A stretch of DNA of 40,318 nt from Candidatus Acetothermia bacterium (GTDB taxonomy: Bacteria > Bipolaricaulota > Bipolaricaulia > M55B111): contig JBKGZT010000004.1 in the NCBI GenBank assembly GCA_046543235.1, positions 1-40,318 of the forward strand, written 5' to 3'. Shown piece after piece: positions 1 to 8,054 of this stretch (positions within the stretch are counted from its first letter, which is position 1; each line of letters starts with the position of its first letter). The notes under the pieces were generated by a model. That model saw nothing but the letters and a program-made list of their open reading frames with translations. It did no database searches and had not been told where the DNA came from. Position numbers and translations under genes: made by a program.

Positions 1-222
1 CCGAAGGCATTATAGGCCAGATACAGGGGCCCGACCTGCTCCGTATTGATTAAAGAATAGAACCGTGCCCGTTTGACCTACGAGAGGACTTTGCTGAGAG
101 AATACCAAAGATTACTGAAAGTCTTCACCCCGGATCTTTCTCCTATACAGTAGTTTTAATCCTAGAATTCCCCAGTTTAAGACGAGACTTAGGGATTTAA
201 TTTAGAATCCGAGTTAGACCGG

Positions 223-807
223 TTAGCCCAGTTCCCAGCAATCCCGACAGCGGGCTTCGTAGTCCCCCTTGCCTCCGACCTTAATTACCTGATCGTCGGC
301 CGGGGCCGGCTCGCCGTCAATCAACCGCTGAGTCCTGGTAGCTTCGCCCCCACACTCAGTGCAGACCGCATGTAACTTGTCCAATCTATCGGATTCTGCC
401 ATCAGCTCGGGCATCGGGTAAAACGGATCGCCGGCGAAAGTGAGATCGAGTCCGGCCACTATGACCCGTTTTCCGCGATGGATCAGCTCGTCAACGAGGC
501 CAGCCAGTTCCTCGGTAAAGAAATTCCCCTCGTCGAAAGCAACGAGATCGACGTTCTCGAGCTCTTTCTCCCCAATGAGCTCTGCAAGGGAATTGATCGA
601 TTCCTCTCCTGTGTGCAGGAGGTTCGCTTCGAACTCCCTCCCGTAATGGGTGACTACTGCGCTCTTGCTGTACCTGTCATCAAGGTGGGGTTTAAACAGG
701 GAAGTGTCCTGCCCAGCGATGGCGGCACGATCGATTCGGCGTATTAGTTCCTCGCTTTTGCCGGAAAACATGCAACCAGTTATGACCTCTAGTCTACCTG
801 TACTCAT
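223..807 (-). CDS. tdk: Thymidine kinase (type II, TK1-like)
   Basis: GRLEVITGCMFSGKSEEL P-loop, FDEGNF, AGLDLTF, and CTEC...YEARCRDC zinc motifs. True start taken as ATG at 807 because the longer ORF (855) runs through tRNA-Pro. Confidence 0.95.
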   Translation of the reverse strand: MSTGRLEVITGCMFSGKSEELIRRIDRAAIAGQDTSLFKPHLDDRYSKSAVVTHYGREFEANLLHTGEESINSLAELIGEKELENVDLVAFDEGNFFTEELAGLVDELIHRGKRVIVAGLDLTFAGDPFYPMPELMAESDRLDKLHAVCTECGGEATRTQRLIDGEPAPADDQVIKVGGKGDYEARCRDCWELG

Positions 808-810
808 ATT

Positions 811-887
811 TGGTCGGGACGACTGGATTTGAACCAGCGACCTCGCGCGCCCCATGCGCGCGCGCTACCAAGCTGCGCCACGTCCCG
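811..887 (-). tRNA. tRNA-Pro(GGG)
   Basis: Reverse complement folds as a cloverleaf: CGGGACG acceptor stem, GCGC D-stem, CGCGC-AT-GGG-GC-GCGCG anticodon arm, GCTGG-TTCAAAT-CCAGT T arm, encoded ACCA end. Confidence 0.96.
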
Positions 888-903
888 ATTGCTCCAGCAA
901 TTT

Positions 904-932
904 AATATAGCGCCAAAAGGCGGTTTTTTCAA
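904..932 (-). promoter_or_regulatory. sigma70-type promoter for tRNA-Pro/tdk
   Basis: Minus strand TTGAAA-17 nt-TATATT ending 16 nt upstream of the tRNA. Confidence 0.7.
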
Positions 933-996
933 CGCCAAGTCTAATTCAGCGACTAAACATAAATATTCCGGTCCCCAGCAGGACCTTTGAATCGTT

Positions 997-1026
997 AAAA
1001 AGAGGGATCGGGCCTCAAACCCCTCC
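997..1026 (-). terminator. Rho-independent terminator after korB
   Basis: Minus strand GAGGGGTT...GATCCCTC stem (two GU pairs) followed by TTTTT just after the korB stop. Confidence 0.55.
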
Positions 1027-1033
1027 AGCAGTA

Positions 1034-1912
1034 TCAAATAAAACTTTCCTTGATTTCCTCCAGGTCTACCCCACTCCTCTCCTCAGGATCAAGGCTCCGT
1101 TTGACCAGCGGTCCGTCGGAAAGCGCCGGTACCTGTTCCTCGTAAGTGGGCCTGTCTTCACGGTAGATGACCCCGAGGGGTATCCTGTCACCCCACTCCT
1201 TCGCTTTTTCCTCGGCAGCTTCGCGGTCGGTGGGATCGTAATCCTCGTCCAGCTCGTACACCAGGTCATTGTAGAAATCATAAGATTTCCCGGGGTTGAA
1301 GGTGACACATGGCTGAAGTACGTCGACCAGCGAATAGCCTTCGTGATTCATAGCGGCCGCAAAGATCTCGTTCATCTTCTGAACGTGGCCGGAAAAAGCA
1401 CGTGCAATGAAGGTCGCACCGCTCGTCAGGGCAGTTGGCACTGGCCGTACCGGCGGTTCGATCGACCCCTCCGGACTCGTTTTAGTCACGAACCCCTTGT
1501 GGCTGGTCGGCGAATACTGACCCTTGGTCAGCCCGTAGACCCGGTTGTCCTCGACGATATGCGTGATTCCAATGTTCCTCCTACAAGCATGGAGGAAGTG
1601 GTTACCGCCAATTCCGTAGCTATCCCCGTCGCCGGCCGTCACCACGACGTTTAAATCCGGATTGGCCAGTTTGGCTCCCGTGGCCACCGGAACCGGACGA
1701 CCGTGGATGGAGTGATAACCGTTGACGTTCATGTAATGGGGCAACTTGCTGCCGCAGCCGATTCCTGATACCAGCAGGCTCTCGTGAGGCGCCAGACCAA
1801 GATCCACCAGCGATGCCTTGACACTACGCAGAATCGCAAAGTCCCCACAACCCGGACACCAGGTCGGCTCCGTCGGGTACTGATAGTCGTCGAGAGTTAC
1901 TTCATCAACCAT
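1034..1912 (-). CDS. korB: 2-oxoacid:ferredoxin oxidoreductase beta subunit
   Basis: PTWCPGCGDF, SGIGC, HGRP, TPP-binding GDGD...N motif, YGLTKGQ, and QPCVTFN. Confidence 0.93.
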   Translation of the reverse strand: MVDEVTLDDYQYPTEPTWCPGCGDFAILRSVKASLVDLGLAPHESLLVSGIGCGSKLPHYMNVNGYHSIHGRPVPVATGAKLANPDLNVVVTAGDGDSYGIGGNHFLHACRRNIGITHIVEDNRVYGLTKGQYSPTSHKGFVTKTSPEGSIEPPVRPVPTALTSGATFIARAFSGHVQKMNEIFAAAMNHEGYSLVDVLQPCVTFNPGKSYDFYNDLVYELDEDYDPTDREAAEEKAKEWGDRIPLGVIYREDRPTYEEQVPALSDGPLVKRSLDPEERSGVDLEEIKESFI

Positions 1913-1913
1913 A

Positions 1914-3668
1914 TTAATTGACCTCCTCGTATTCTTCTACTTCAGCCATGATATCGTCCGGAGTAAACGGTCGACCGTCGTACTTCAGTATCCTATCCGG
2001 AAGCTTTATTCCCGTTTCTTTCGTTATCAAATCCGCCAGCTGGCCGGAGTAATTGTTTTCCACCACGAGAACCCTCTCGGCTTCATGCAGAACTTCTTCG
2101 ACCTCTTCCCCGGGCAACGGGTGGAGGTCGTTCAGGTGGTAAAAGTTGGCTCGAACCCCCTTATCGTTTAACCGATCCACGACTTCTCTAACTGCCCCGT
2201 AAGTCGAGCCCCAGCCGAGGAAGGTAAGGTCGGATTCCCCCGGTCCGTAACGGACCGGCCCCCGGACGTCTTCCTCCAGCGCCGTGTCCAGCTTCCGCAT
2301 TCGCTTTTCCATCATCCTGGTCCTCGTCTCCGGGTCCTCCGTAACATCGCCTTTCTCGTCGTGTTCGTTACCGGTCGTCTTGTAAGTCGCGTACCTGTTC
2401 CCCGGAATCGCTCTCGGCGTAATGCCCGAATCGGTGAACTCGTGACGCAGGTAATCTCCGTCGAGGTTTTCCAGGTCCTCTTCAGTCAGAAATTCTCCCC
2501 TATCTATATCGACTTTCGCGTCGAAGCGCTCCGGGTCGATAGCCCTGATAGAGTCAGCAAGGTGCTGGTCACTCAATATAATCACAGGGGTCTGGTACTT
2601 CTCCGCCAGGTCAAACGCACGTTTTCCTGCCCGGAAAGCCTCTTCAATGGTCGCTGGCGCTATGACAATCCGCGGCGACTCTCCCTGAGAAGCAGCAATG
2701 ATAGAAAAAAGATCCCCCTGTTCAGTTCGTGTCGGCAGACCCGTACTTGGACCGGGACGTTGAACTTCAGCGATTACAAGCGGCGTCTCCGTCGTCCCTG
2801 CTAGCCCGATAGCCTCCGTCATCAGGGAAAAGCCGCCCCCAGAGGTTGTGACAAGCGGCCTTGCCCCGACATGGGCGGCCCCGATAGCTATGTTGATAGC
2901 AGCCAGCTCGCTTTCCGGCTGTTTTACAACGATTCCGGCCTCCTCGGAGTGTTTGGCCAGCCACTCAAGAATCGACGTGGAGGGCGTCATCGGATAGGCG
3001 GAGACGAAATTACAACCAGCCGTCAAGGCACCAAACGCAACGGCCTGGTTCCCGTCGATAACCATCCTGTCCGGTTCGTCCGGCCTGGCGGTAATCTCGT
3101 AATCTAACTCGTAGTTCTTTGATTCCACGTATTCCTTCCCCGCTACGGCCACTTTCAAGTTATTCTCCACTACGTTGCCGCCCTTGACTCCGAAATTTTC
3201 CTCAATTATTTCGTTTACATAAGTGATGTCAAATCCGGTTAATCCAACAATTGCCCCAATTGCCGCGGTATTTGCCATTACCTCCGCCCCGCCTTCCTCG
3301 GTGGCTATGGATTTGAGTGGAACCGGAAAGGGCTTAATCCCTTCCTCCACCAATTCCCCCTCGTCCAACCCGAAGTCATCATCGTAGATTACTCCGCTAC
3401 CGGGGACCATCTCGTCTAGGTGCTTTTCAATCGACTCCTCGGACAGGGCTACCAGCAGATCTACTCCACTGGAGTGAGTATAAATTTCCCGATCGGAAAC
3501 CCTGATCTCGAAAAAGTTATGCCCACCTCGTATCCTGGAGCGATAATCCTGTCTTCCGAACGGAAACAACCCTCCTCGAGCAAGGGCTTGAATGAAACCG
3601 AACCCTGTGGACTGAATTCCCTGGCCTGCATCTCCACCGACGAGTATATTCATATCATTTACTGCCAT
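1914..3668 (-). CDS. korA: 2-oxoacid:ferredoxin oxidoreductase alpha subunit (gamma-alpha fusion)
   Basis: GGDAGQGI, SRIRGGHN, AYPMTPST, TSGGGFSLMTE, and QRPGPSTGLPTRTEQGD motifs. Confidence 0.93.
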   Translation of the reverse strand: MAVNDMNILVGGDAGQGIQSTGFGFIQALARGGLFPFGRQDYRSRIRGGHNFFEIRVSDREIYTHSSGVDLLVALSEESIEKHLDEMVPGSGVIYDDDFGLDEGELVEEGIKPFPVPLKSIATEEGGAEVMANTAAIGAIVGLTGFDITYVNEIIEENFGVKGGNVVENNLKVAVAGKEYVESKNYELDYEITARPDEPDRMVIDGNQAVAFGALTAGCNFVSAYPMTPSTSILEWLAKHSEEAGIVVKQPESELAAINIAIGAAHVGARPLVTTSGGGFSLMTEAIGLAGTTETPLVIAEVQRPGPSTGLPTRTEQGDLFSIIAASQGESPRIVIAPATIEEAFRAGKRAFDLAEKYQTPVIILSDQHLADSIRAIDPERFDAKVDIDRGEFLTEEDLENLDGDYLRHEFTDSGITPRAIPGNRYATYKTTGNEHDEKGDVTEDPETRTRMMEKRMRKLDTALEEDVRGPVRYGPGESDLTFLGWGSTYGAVREVVDRLNDKGVRANFYHLNDLHPLPGEEVEEVLHEAERVLVVENNYSGQLADLITKETGIKLPDRILKYDGRPFTPDDIMAEVEEYEEVN

Positions 3669-3692
3669 AAAACCTCCCGAACCTTCGATAGG

Positions 3693-3710
3693 GTTAAGTT
3701 AGAACTTAAC
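3693..3710. promoter_or_regulatory. Perfect 8-2-8 palindrome, candidate operator upstream of korA
   Basis: GTTAAGTT-AG-AACTTAAC, about 25 nt upstream of the korA start. Confidence 0.55.
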
Positions 3711-3746
3711 GTTTACCAAAACTTGCCGAGAAAGCCCCGTAGTTTT

Positions 3747-4046
3747 CTAAGGGGTATTTGACTCCTCGACTACACCGACTCTGGGACTGTAGAAGGGCAA
3801 ACCACAAGATTCACACCTAGATGGCAACTCGCCGAAAGCACATCGGGACCCGACTGAATTCGTGAGTTTGAAATCCTCACAGCTGGGGATTCCGTTCACC
3901 ACCTTAACGTTCTCTCCGCTGACTGGACAGCTTATTTTATTTCCTTGGACGCTTTTGTCCTCGAGCCAGGAATTACAGCTGGGACATCTGACCAGCTTGA
4001 CGTCCCTGTAAAAAACCTCCCCGCAGTCCGGGCATTTATACTTCAT
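3747..4046 (-). CDS. Small Cys-rich (zinc-ribbon/rubredoxin-like) hypothetical protein
   Basis: 99 aa with 9 Cys (CPDC, CPSC, CESC and others); strong SD GAGGTGA before ATG at 4046. Confidence 0.65.
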   Translation of the reverse strand: MKYKCPDCGEVFYRDVKLVRCPSCNSWLEDKSVQGNKISCPVSGENVKVVNGIPSCEDFKLTNSVGSRCAFGELPSRCESCGLPFYSPRVGVVEESNTP

Positions 4047-4100
4047 GTCCCTCACCTCGCGGTTATTAGAAACCTCCGGAGCGATATCCGAAGCAATGGA

Positions 4101-4139
4101 TAAAACATGGCGACGTACCCTTTACAGGTACATCGCCAT
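4101..4139 (-). terminator. Terminator/stem-loop after superoxide reductase
   Basis: Minus strand ATGGCGATGTACC-7 nt-GGTACGTCGCCAT (13 bp including one GU) followed by GTTTTA. Confidence 0.7.
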
Positions 4140-4156
4140 CCTAAAACAAAAACCGG

Positions 4157-4540
4157 TCAAACAACTTCGATTTCCTTTTCGCCCTCCCAAAGACCATGCA
4201 GGTTACACTTGGCCCTACCTTTCAGCGGGTGAGCGTGGTCGAGCTTGACAGTGGTTTTCATTACGTAGTGAGAGTTTTCCGGCGTCAGCTCCAGCCGGGC
4301 TAGAAACGTGTCCCCTGAATAAAGTTCCATCCATTCGATAAAATGACCGACCTCGTTCGGATGCTCCTTGTATTCGCCGACTTTAAGTGTAACCTCGAAT
4401 TCCTCGCCTTCTTCTACCTTATCCGGGGCATCTATGATTACAGTATGTTTCTTTTCAAGTGCCGACATTTCGTCCGGATCGTCGGTATCAGCCTTGTTGA
4501 TACCACAAAACAGGTCTTCTTCGCATGATTGGTTCGCCAT
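4157..4540 (-). CDS. sor: Superoxide reductase (1Fe-SOR/neelaredoxin type)
   Basis: EKKH, HPNEVGHFIEW and CNLHGLWE iron-ligand motifs; SD AGGAGG. Confidence 0.9.
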   Translation of the reverse strand: MANQSCEEDLFCGINKADTDDPDEMSALEKKHTVIIDAPDKVEEGEEFEVTLKVGEYKEHPNEVGHFIEWMELYSGDTFLARLELTPENSHYVMKTTVKLDHAHPLKGRAKCNLHGLWEGEKEIEVV

Positions 4541-4589
4541 TTTTACCTCCTAGGGGTAATCAATAGATTCGATCCTTCCGAAACCCAAA

Positions 4590-4844
4590 CTACGGTGCTA
4601 TGGTTTCTCCGGATTCGGATTCGACCAGCTCAATCGCCATCATCGGACAGCCATTTGCGGCCTGCTTGGCTGCGGACTTGTCGTCTTCGCCGACTTCGAG
4701 TGTCGCCAGCCCGTCCTCTTCCTTTCCCTCGATTAACTCGGCCTTCCCGTCAGCCCCTTCTTTAAAATGACCCGGATCGACGGCAGTACAGACGAAATTA
4801 CTCTGACAGGCGTCCTTGTCGTACTTAAGTTTGTATTTTGCCAT
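4590..4844 (-). CDS. Single-cluster ferredoxin, probably [3Fe-4S]
   Basis: 84 aa; CQSNFVC...GCPMMAI motif; SD AGGAGG before ATG at 4844 (upstream ORF extension lies in the promoter region). Confidence 0.85.
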   Translation of the reverse strand: MAKYKLKYDKDACQSNFVCTAVDPGHFKEGADGKAELIEGKEEDGLATLEVGEDDKSAAKQAANGCPMMAIELVESESGETIAP

Positions 4845-4890
4845 TTTTACCTCCTGTGTTTGTAGAAAAAACGAATTCCACTTGGATATC

Positions 4891-4919
4891 ATTATAGAGC
4901 ATGGTGAATCCACTTTCAA
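4891..4919 (-). promoter_or_regulatory. sigma70-type promoter for ferredoxin-sor
   Basis: Minus strand TTGAAA-17 nt-TATAAT. Confidence 0.75.
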
Positions 4920-4960
4920 AATGGCATCCTCGGTTATCGAATTCAACGGGCATGGTGACG

Positions 4961-4996
4961 GGTGAAGTTGTAACTTCTCACCTGGCCAAATATACT
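4961..4996 (+). promoter_or_regulatory. sigma70-type promoter for fprA with a palindrome over the -35
   Basis: TTGTAA(4968-4973)-17 nt-TATACT(4991-4996); GAAGTT-GT-AACTTC palindrome at 4964-4977. Confidence 0.7.
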
Positions 4997-5054
4997 TCAT
5001 TGTGAACGTCCTGAACCGCAGAACCCACTACCGACAGAAAAAGAGGTGACTGAG

Positions 5055-6239
5055 ATGGAGATCAAGATCGAAGATTCGCTTTTCTGGGTTGGGGTAAACG
5101 ATAGAAAGAACGAGCTATTCGAAAGCTACTGGCCCATCCCGGACGGAATAAGCTACAATTCCTACTTAATCCAGGACGATAAAAACGCCTTAATCGACGG
5201 AGTCAAAGAAGGTTTCACCGAGGAATACCTAAGCAACGTAACGGGAAAGACGGATATCGACGACGTCGACTACATGGTTATCAACCACATGGAGCCGGAT
5301 CATACCGGGTCCTTCCCGGAGCTGAGAAGGCTCAACCCGGACCTTACTTTCGTCTGTACCGAAAAGGCAAAGGACCTGCTCGGCAATTTCTACGGAATTA
5401 CGAAAGGGATAAAGACCGTGGAGGACGGCGAAACCCTCGACCTTGGGGAAAGGACGCTCGAGTTCGTGGAAACCCCGTTCGTTCACTGGCCCGAGACGAT
5501 GATGACCTACCTTCAGGGGGAAAGTATTCTGTTTTCCGGCGACGGCTTCGGAACTTACGGAGCGCTGGATGGAGGAATATTCGACGGTGGTCTCGATCTC
5601 GCTGCCTACGAAGACAGGGCCTTGCGTTACCTATCGAACATAGTCGGAGCCTACAGCACGACGCTTCAGGCCGCAATAAACAAACTCGACTCCTACGATC
5701 TTGAGGTAATAGCCCCGACACACGGTCCGATCTGGAGGGAAAACCCCGAGGCAATAGTCAACTTCTACGATCGATTCAGTCGAGGAGAGGCGAGAAAGGG
5801 CGTCACGATTATCTACGGTTCCATGTACGGGTTTACGGAAAAGCTGACCGAACAAGTTGCACTCGGCGCCCGGAGGTCCGGTATTGAAAACCTGAAAGTT
5901 ATGGACGCCGCCCGGAAACACCCTAGTTACCTTCTACTGGAAGCATGGAAAAGAGAGGGACTGATAATCGGTTCACCCACGTACGAATCCAGGGCGTTCC
6001 CGCCGGTGAGCAACTTCCTGGAGCTGATGGAAAAGAAAAAGTTAAAAGAAAAAACCGCAGCTGCCTACGGTTCCTTCGGATGGGGCGGTGGCTCGGCCCG
6101 AGAAATAAAGGAAACAGGGGAATCCCTAAACTGGAACCTGGTACGCCCGCCTCTGGAGTTCGGCGGAGACCCGTCCGAAAGGGAACTGGAGGAGGGCTTT
6201 GAACTCGGGAAAGAGGTAGGGAATACGGTTCTGGAATAA
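5055..6239 (+). CDS. fprA: Flavodiiron protein (FprA family A-type flavoprotein, O2/NO reductase)
   Basis: GISYNSYLI, NHMEPDH, HWPETM, FSGDGFG, PTHG diiron motifs plus flavodoxin domain YGSMYGFT...GSFGWGG. ATG at 5055 follows SD GAGGTG (GTG at 5046 is an alternative start). Confidence 0.93.
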   Translation: MEIKIEDSLFWVGVNDRKNELFESYWPIPDGISYNSYLIQDDKNALIDGVKEGFTEEYLSNVTGKTDIDDVDYMVINHMEPDHTGSFPELRRLNPDLTFVCTEKAKDLLGNFYGITKGIKTVEDGETLDLGERTLEFVETPFVHWPETMMTYLQGESILFSGDGFGTYGALDGGIFDGGLDLAAYEDRALRYLSNIVGAYSTTLQAAINKLDSYDLEVIAPTHGPIWRENPEAIVNFYDRFSRGEARKGVTIIYGSMYGFTEKLTEQVALGARRSGIENLKVMDAARKHPSYLLLEAWKREGLIIGSPTYESRAFPPVSNFLELMEKKKLKEKTAAAYGSFGWGGGSAREIKETGESLNWNLVRPPLEFGGDPSERELEEGFELGKEVGNTVLE

Positions 6240-6242
6240 ATA

Positions 6243-6281
6243 CAAAAGACCCCGCCGCGGTCCTCGCGCCGGGGTCTTTGC
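6243..6281. terminator. Bidirectional terminator between convergent fprA and phhB
   Basis: AAAGACCCCG...CGGGGTCTTT inverted repeat with A/T-rich flanks on both sides. Confidence 0.75.
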
Positions 6282-6298
6282 AAATAAATCTGCTTCTT

Positions 6299-6634
6299 TC
6301 ACTCCGCGAGGTCGTCCACCTTTGCGGCAAGGATGAAGTCGTTCTCGTGCAAGCCGTCTATCGCGTGAGTATAAAGCTGCAGGGTCACGACGTTGTAGGA
6401 TATTTCTATATCCGGGTGATGACCCTCTTCCTCTGCCAGTTCCGCCACTTTATTGACGAATCCCATTGATTGATCGAAGTCCCCGAACTTGAATTTCTTC
6501 TCGATTTTCGGAGGATCCCCCTCCAGAAGTTTCCAGCCCTTTACTTCCGTCAATAATTCCTCTACTTCGTCGCTTTCCAGCGGAGGAACTCCACCTTCAC
6601 AGGGCACACATTTCTTGCTCGTTAAGTCTGCCAT
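6299..6634 (-). CDS. phhB: Pterin-4-alpha-carbinolamine dehydratase
   Basis: CVPCEGGVPPL, AEEEGHHPDI, THAIDGLHENDFILAAK. Confidence 0.92.
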   Translation of the reverse strand: MADLTSKKCVPCEGGVPPLESDEVEELLTEVKGWKLLEGDPPKIEKKFKFGDFDQSMGFVNKVAELAEEEGHHPDIEISYNVVTLQLYTHAIDGLHENDFILAAKVDDLAE

Positions 6635-6646
6635 AATTACCTCCAG

Positions 6647-7942
6647 TCATTGAGTTTCCGATAGAGCTTCTCTTAAATCATTCTTTATATCCGAGGGGTC
6701 TTCAATGCCTACACTCAGCCTCAGGGCATCGTCGGTAATTCCGGCAGATTTCTTCTCCTCCTCGTCCAGCTGCTGGTGGGTGGTGCTGGATGGATGAATA
6801 ATCAGGGACTTAGCGTCCCCGACGTTAGCCAGGAACGATATCATATCAACCGATTCCAATAAATGTTTTCCCGCCTCGTAACCTCCTGAGACGCCGAAAC
6901 CAATCATACCCCCAAACCCGTTCTCCAGGTACTTAGATGCGGGCTCGTGGCTTGAATGGGTGGACAATCCTGGGTAATTAACCCAGCTCACGCCGGGATG
7001 TTCCTGAAGGAACTCGGCTACTTCCATGGCGTTTTCGCAGTGTTTATCCATCCGCAGCGGCAGGGTCTCGAGGCCTTTGAGGTTGAGAAAAGTATCGAAA
7101 GGGCTCTGGGCAGAACCGAGGTCCCTCAGTCCGCGAGCCCTGAGGTTGGTGATAAAAGCCGCGTCACCGAACCGTTCCCGAAAATTCACACCGTGATAAC
7201 TGGGATCGGGCTCGGTCAGCTGGGCGAAATCGCCGTTCTCCCATTCGAAGTCTCCGGAATCGACGACGGCCCCTCCTATAGTAGTTCCTCCTCCATTCAG
7301 CCATTTAGTGGTCGAGTGCCAGACGATATCCGCTCCGTGTTCGAAAGGCCGACACAGGTATGGGGTTGCAAAAGTGTTATCCACCACCAGCGGTACGTTC
7401 GCTTCGTCAGCGACTTCACTTATTCCTTCAAAATCGGGAACGTCGAGGGAAGGGTTACCGATCGTTTCCACGTGGAGAAACCGGGTCTTATCGTCTATCT
7501 TTTCGGCAAACCTCTCCGGATCGTCTTCCTCGACCAGTTTAGCATCCATCCCGTATCTCGGCATGCTCTGGGTGAAAAAGGTATACGTTCCTCCATAGAG
7601 GCTGGAAGAAGAGACGACGTTATCCCCGCTCTCCATCAGAGTAAAGACAATTAAGTTCAGAGCGCTCATCCCCGAGCTGGTAACTACGGAGCCGACTCCT
7701 CCTTCGAGAGAGGCGAGCCTTTCTTCAAAGACGGCGTTCGTCGGATTGGATATCCTGGAATAGATATCCCCCTCTTTTTCAAGCGAGAAAAGTTTCTGGG
7801 CCTCTTCCACGTCCTTCAAATTGTAAGAAGCGGTCTGGTGAATAGGAGTGGCAGAGGACCTGGTATCCGAAGCACCGACTTCACCTCCGGCGTGGACGGC
7901 ACGAGTGCTGAAACCTTCGTTCTCTCTATCGTTCTCCGTCAA
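6647..7942 (-). CDS. metY: O-acetylhomoserine/O-acetylserine sulfhydrylase (PLP-dependent)
   Basis: [38 protein letters not shown] (PLP lysine), [22 protein letters not shown] start with SD GGAGG. Confidence 0.9.
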   Translation of the reverse strand: MTENDRENEGFSTRAVHAGGEVGASDTRSSATPIHQTASYNLKDVEEAQKLFSLEKEGDIYSRISNPTNAVFEERLASLEGGVGSVVTSSGMSALNLIVFTLMESGDNVVSSSSLYGGTYTFFTQSMPRYGMDAKLVEEDDPERFAEKIDDKTRFLHVETIGNPSLDVPDFEGISEVADEANVPLVVDNTFATPYLCRPFEHGADIVWHSTTKWLNGGGTTIGGAVVDSGDFEWENGDFAQLTEPDPSYHGVNFRERFGDAAFITNLRARGLRDLGSAQSPFDTFLNLKGLETLPLRMDKHCENAMEVAEFLQEHPGVSWVNYPGLSTHSSHEPASKYLENGFGGMIGFGVSGGYEAGKHLLESVDMISFLANVGDAKSLIIHPSSTTHQQLDEEEKKSAGITDDALRLSVGIEDPSDIKNDLREALSETQ

Positions 7943-8054
7943 CCTTATCTCCTCCAGTATTCGATCAGATAAGAAATCATCGATCGGTTAAAAACCTCTA
8001 GTCAAAAACCAGGGGATGGAGACCCGGAATATTTTAAAAGGACTTGTCCGGCCT

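Noticed and set aside
1-222. Possible gene fragment at the window start (frame 3, EGIIGQIQGPDLLRID-stop)
   Set aside because: Too short to support a call; no motif recognised on either strand.
808-855. N-terminal extension of thymidine kinase in the ORF track
   Set aside because: It translates the tRNA-Pro sequence; thymidine kinase homology starts at Met 807.
4536-4856. Identical 16-nt AGGAGGTAAAAATGGC before both ferredoxin and sor
   Set aside because: Explained by an optimal SD-spacer-ATG-Ala context rather than a repeat element.
4882-4897. Possible Fur/PerR box over the fdx-sor -10
   Set aside because: Only one half-site matches, and that half is the TATAAT box itself.
4845-5000. 52-aa N-terminal extension of the ferredoxin
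   Set aside because: Covers divergent promoters; a strong SD precedes ATG 4844.
7943-8054. Possible SAM riboswitch or T-box upstream of metY
   Set aside because: The gap is about 110 nt and shows no recognisable S-box or T-box core.
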